Of a stretch of 64,000 nucleotides of DNA, positions 61,409-64,000 are shown piece by piece. Position numbers and translations under genes: made by a program. Origin of the DNA: an uncultured Planctomycetota bacterium (lineage in GTDB: Bacteria > Planctomycetota > Planctomycetia > Gemmatales > Gemmataceae); the NCBI GenBank assembly GCA_963849325.1, contig CAWKHF010000006.1:192001-256000 (forward strand), written 5' to 3'. The notes under the pieces are model-generated. The model was not told the origin of the DNA and ran no database searches. It worked only from the letters and a program-made list of their open reading frames with translations. Positions within the stretch are counted from its first letter, which is position 1. Every line of letters begins with the position of its first letter.

Positions 61409-62415
61409 TCAGGGCGTGGTTCGCCGAGGTTCCTGCGACGCCACCGGCTTACCCTCGGGCGGCGGCTTGAGGCGAGTCAGCAGACTACGGCTCAGCGCCA
61501 GCAGATCGCCGACCGCGCCTGGTTTGAGCACCTGGAGGCTGGGCGGATCGTCGCCCAGGGGCGGCATGCACACGACGACGTTGGCGTTGCCGACCACCGT
61601 GAAGGAGTGGCCGTGCACCACCACGGCCGTCTGCTCGTCGATGCCCAGGCCCAGGCAGCGCGGATGCTGCGACAGTACGCCCAGCAAACGCTGCTGACGC
61701 TTGCGGTTCTCGAAGTGCTGATCGATCACCACGTCCGGCAGCAGGCCGAAGCCGGTGCCGACGCGCGCCTGCGGATTGCCGCCGGTAATCATGACGGCAC
61801 TCATGACGGAAGCGCCGGCGGAGGTGCCGCCGACGACGCCGCCGCGCTCCAGCAGCCGTCGTAGCTCGCGCTCGACGGCCGTGCCGCGGTAGGCGCCCGC
61901 CAGGCGCGACTGATCGCCGCCGCCCAGCCACGCCGCCGTCGCCTCGGTCAACGGCTTGACGAACGCCGGGTCGTTGGCCTGCTTCGGATCGAGCGTGTGC
62001 AGCATGTCCACCGACTCCAGACCCTGCCGCTTCCAGTAAGCGTAACTCCGGTACGTGCGGGTTTGGTCGGCCCATTCGCTGGCCGTGGGAATGACGACCA
62101 GCTTGCCCTTCTTGCCGCCCGCCAAATCCAGGAAGCGATCGCGGATGGTGTCGGGCATGTCGCCGCCGCCGACGATGACCAGGGCGCCGGCGGTTTGGCG
62201 TTGGCCAGACGCGGCGGCGTGTCACCCTTCGGTTCGCCGAACGCTGTCGTCGGCAGCAGGCCCAGCAGGATGCCGGCCAGCGATGCCGCCAGCGGTCGCC
62301 GGCCGACAGGGGCAAGTTTGAGAAAACGAGACGAGAGGACGACTCTGTTTCCGTCGAAATTCGGTCGCAGCACAGCAACCTCCGCAACTCTGGGGAGGAC
62401 GAACGTCCGTGTCAA
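61409..62415 (-). CDS. Cyanophycinase-like S51 peptidase with signal peptide, frameshift near 62190, start uncertain
   Basis: LVIVGGG, VIPTAS, GGGDQSRL, GGTSAGA, IDQHF..R.R..RL, GIDEQTA. Confidence 0.88.
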
Positions 62416-62711
62416 ATCCGCGGGGGAGAGCCCCGCACAGGTTGGGAGAGAGAGCGACGCTCTCGGGGGGCCTCCTGGCCCTCATAGTCAAACCTTACCA
62501 TATTTTGTTTCTCCCGGGCTACCCGGATTGCCCAGAAGGGGACGCGGTAACGACCATTCCTCCTTGCGATCCTCCTCCCGTCCGATACAATCGCGCCTGG
62601 AAGTCGATTGGCGAGCGGGGGCGTCAGCCCCCTGTTGCGTCCAACAGGGGGCTGACGCCCCCCGCTCGCCAGATACCGTCGTGCTCCTAACATCCAAGTC
62701 GGAGGGACATT

Positions 62712-64000
62712 GTGACCATTCGTCGCTGCGCTGCTTCTGCCCGGTTCGCTGCTGCTGCTCGTCGCCGTGTCCGCTCCCGGCGAATCGCCCACGTCCCGGC
62801 AGCCGCGCTTCTGGCGCGGCATCGACGTGGCCGGCATGGACCCGGCCCGCAAACCCTGGGAGGACTTCTACCAGTACGCCAACGGCAAGTGGATCGCCGA
62901 AACCGACATCCCCTCGGATCGTCCTTCCGTCTACGTCTTCACGCTGCTGGCCAAGCGCAACCGCGAGGTGCTGCGCAAGATCCTCGACGAGGCCGCCGAC
63001 GATCGCAACGCCCCCAAGGACAGCATCCGACACAAGGTCGGCGCCTTCTATCGCAGCGGCATGGACGAGAAGATGATCGAGGAGCAGGGCGTCAAGCCGC
63101 TGCGCGCCGAGTTCGAGCGCCTCGCCGCGATCAAGAACGTCGGCCGACGTCCTGCCGGCGCTGGCGCGGCTGCATACGCGCCGCGCCTTCGCCGCCTTCG
63201 ATTTCGCTTCGACGCCCGACTTGAAGGACAGTCGCCGCGTCATCGCCGAGTTCTCGCAGGGCGGACTGAGCCTGCCCGACCGCGATTATTACCTCAAGGA
63301 CGACGACAAGCTGAAAGCCATCCGCGCCGAGTACCAGAAGCACGTGACGAAGATGTTCGTCCTGCTGGGCGACAAGGAGGAGGACGCCGCCCGCGCGGCC
63401 AAGACGGTGCTCGCCTTCGAGACGCGCCTGGCGAAAGCCTCGCGGGCGCGGGCCGAGCTGCGCGATCCGCAGCGCAACTATCACCTGATGAGCGTCGCCG
63501 ACATGGCGAAGGAGACGCCCGGCGTCTCGTGGCAGCCGTACTTCGACGGGCTGGGGTTGAAGGACCTGAAGGAGTTGACCGTCGCTCAGCCGGCGTTTCT
63601 GCAGGAGATCGGTAAGCTCCTCGCCTCGGCCTCGGTGGACGACTGGAAGACGTATCTCCGCTGGAAGCTGCTGCACGCTTACGCCGACAAGCTCAGCTCG
63701 CCCTTCGTCCAGGAGGATTTTCACTTCAAGGGCACCGTCCTGACCGGCACACCGCGAAACCTGCCGCGCTGGGAGCGCGTGGTGCAGTCCACCGACCACC
63801 TGCTCGGCGAGGCGCTGGGTCGGCTCTACGTCGAGAAGGCGTTTCCGCCGGAGGCCAAGAACAAGGCCGAGGCGCTGGTGGCCAACGTCAAGGACACGCT
63901 GCGCGAACGGCTGGCGGCGCTGGACTGGATGCAGCCGAAGACGCGCGAAGAGGCGCTGCACAAGCTGGACGCCATGGCCGTGAAGATCGGCTATCCGGCC
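62712..64000 (+). CDS. M13 (neprilysin/PepO-like) metallopeptidase, partial, frameshifted
   Basis: EDFYQYANGKW, QGGLSLPDRDYY, GEALGRLYVEKAFPPEAK, LDWM...T...AL.KL....KIGYP. Confidence 0.9.

Noticed and set aside
61409-62415. Cyanophycin metabolism cluster
   Set aside because: Only an S51 peptidase-like gene is present. No cyanophycin synthetase is nearby and the substrate cannot be inferred.

Overview
High-GC bacterial window whose gene content points to a Planctomycetota genome, probably Gemmataceae-like (inference from a DUF1553/DUF1501 pair, a TM-extended ECF sigma factor, a CHAT-TPR protein, a Tat-signal enolase-family enzyme and many REP-like palindromes). Many genes carry single-base frameshifts that look like long-read consensus errors. 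Most of the window is ordinary: cyclophilins, peptidases (S8, M20, M28, S41, S51, M13), a sulfatase, hicBA, scpB, pgsA, rimO, tRNA-Sec, and a c-di-AMP (ydaO-type) riboswitch ahead of a KimA-like transporter. Two systems stand out. (1) A 2.5-kb IS5-family-like transposon (41445-43958) has exact 16-bp terminal inverted repeats, a 10-bp target duplication and a SWIM-DDE transposase. It carries a small HTH gene and a complete tRNA with a leucine-type body but an alanine anticodon (AGC), a candidate mobile Ala-to-Leu mistranslation module. (2) A tandem array of five separately promoted, secreted Met/Gly-rich proteins (20889-24916) all end in GFAGKGMGGFNG(K/R)KAL. Other observations are REP palindromes recruited into coding sequence, a GGA-rich csrA leader, a sigma-less copy of an ECF gene and a two-gene EEP-nuclease cassette next to selC.
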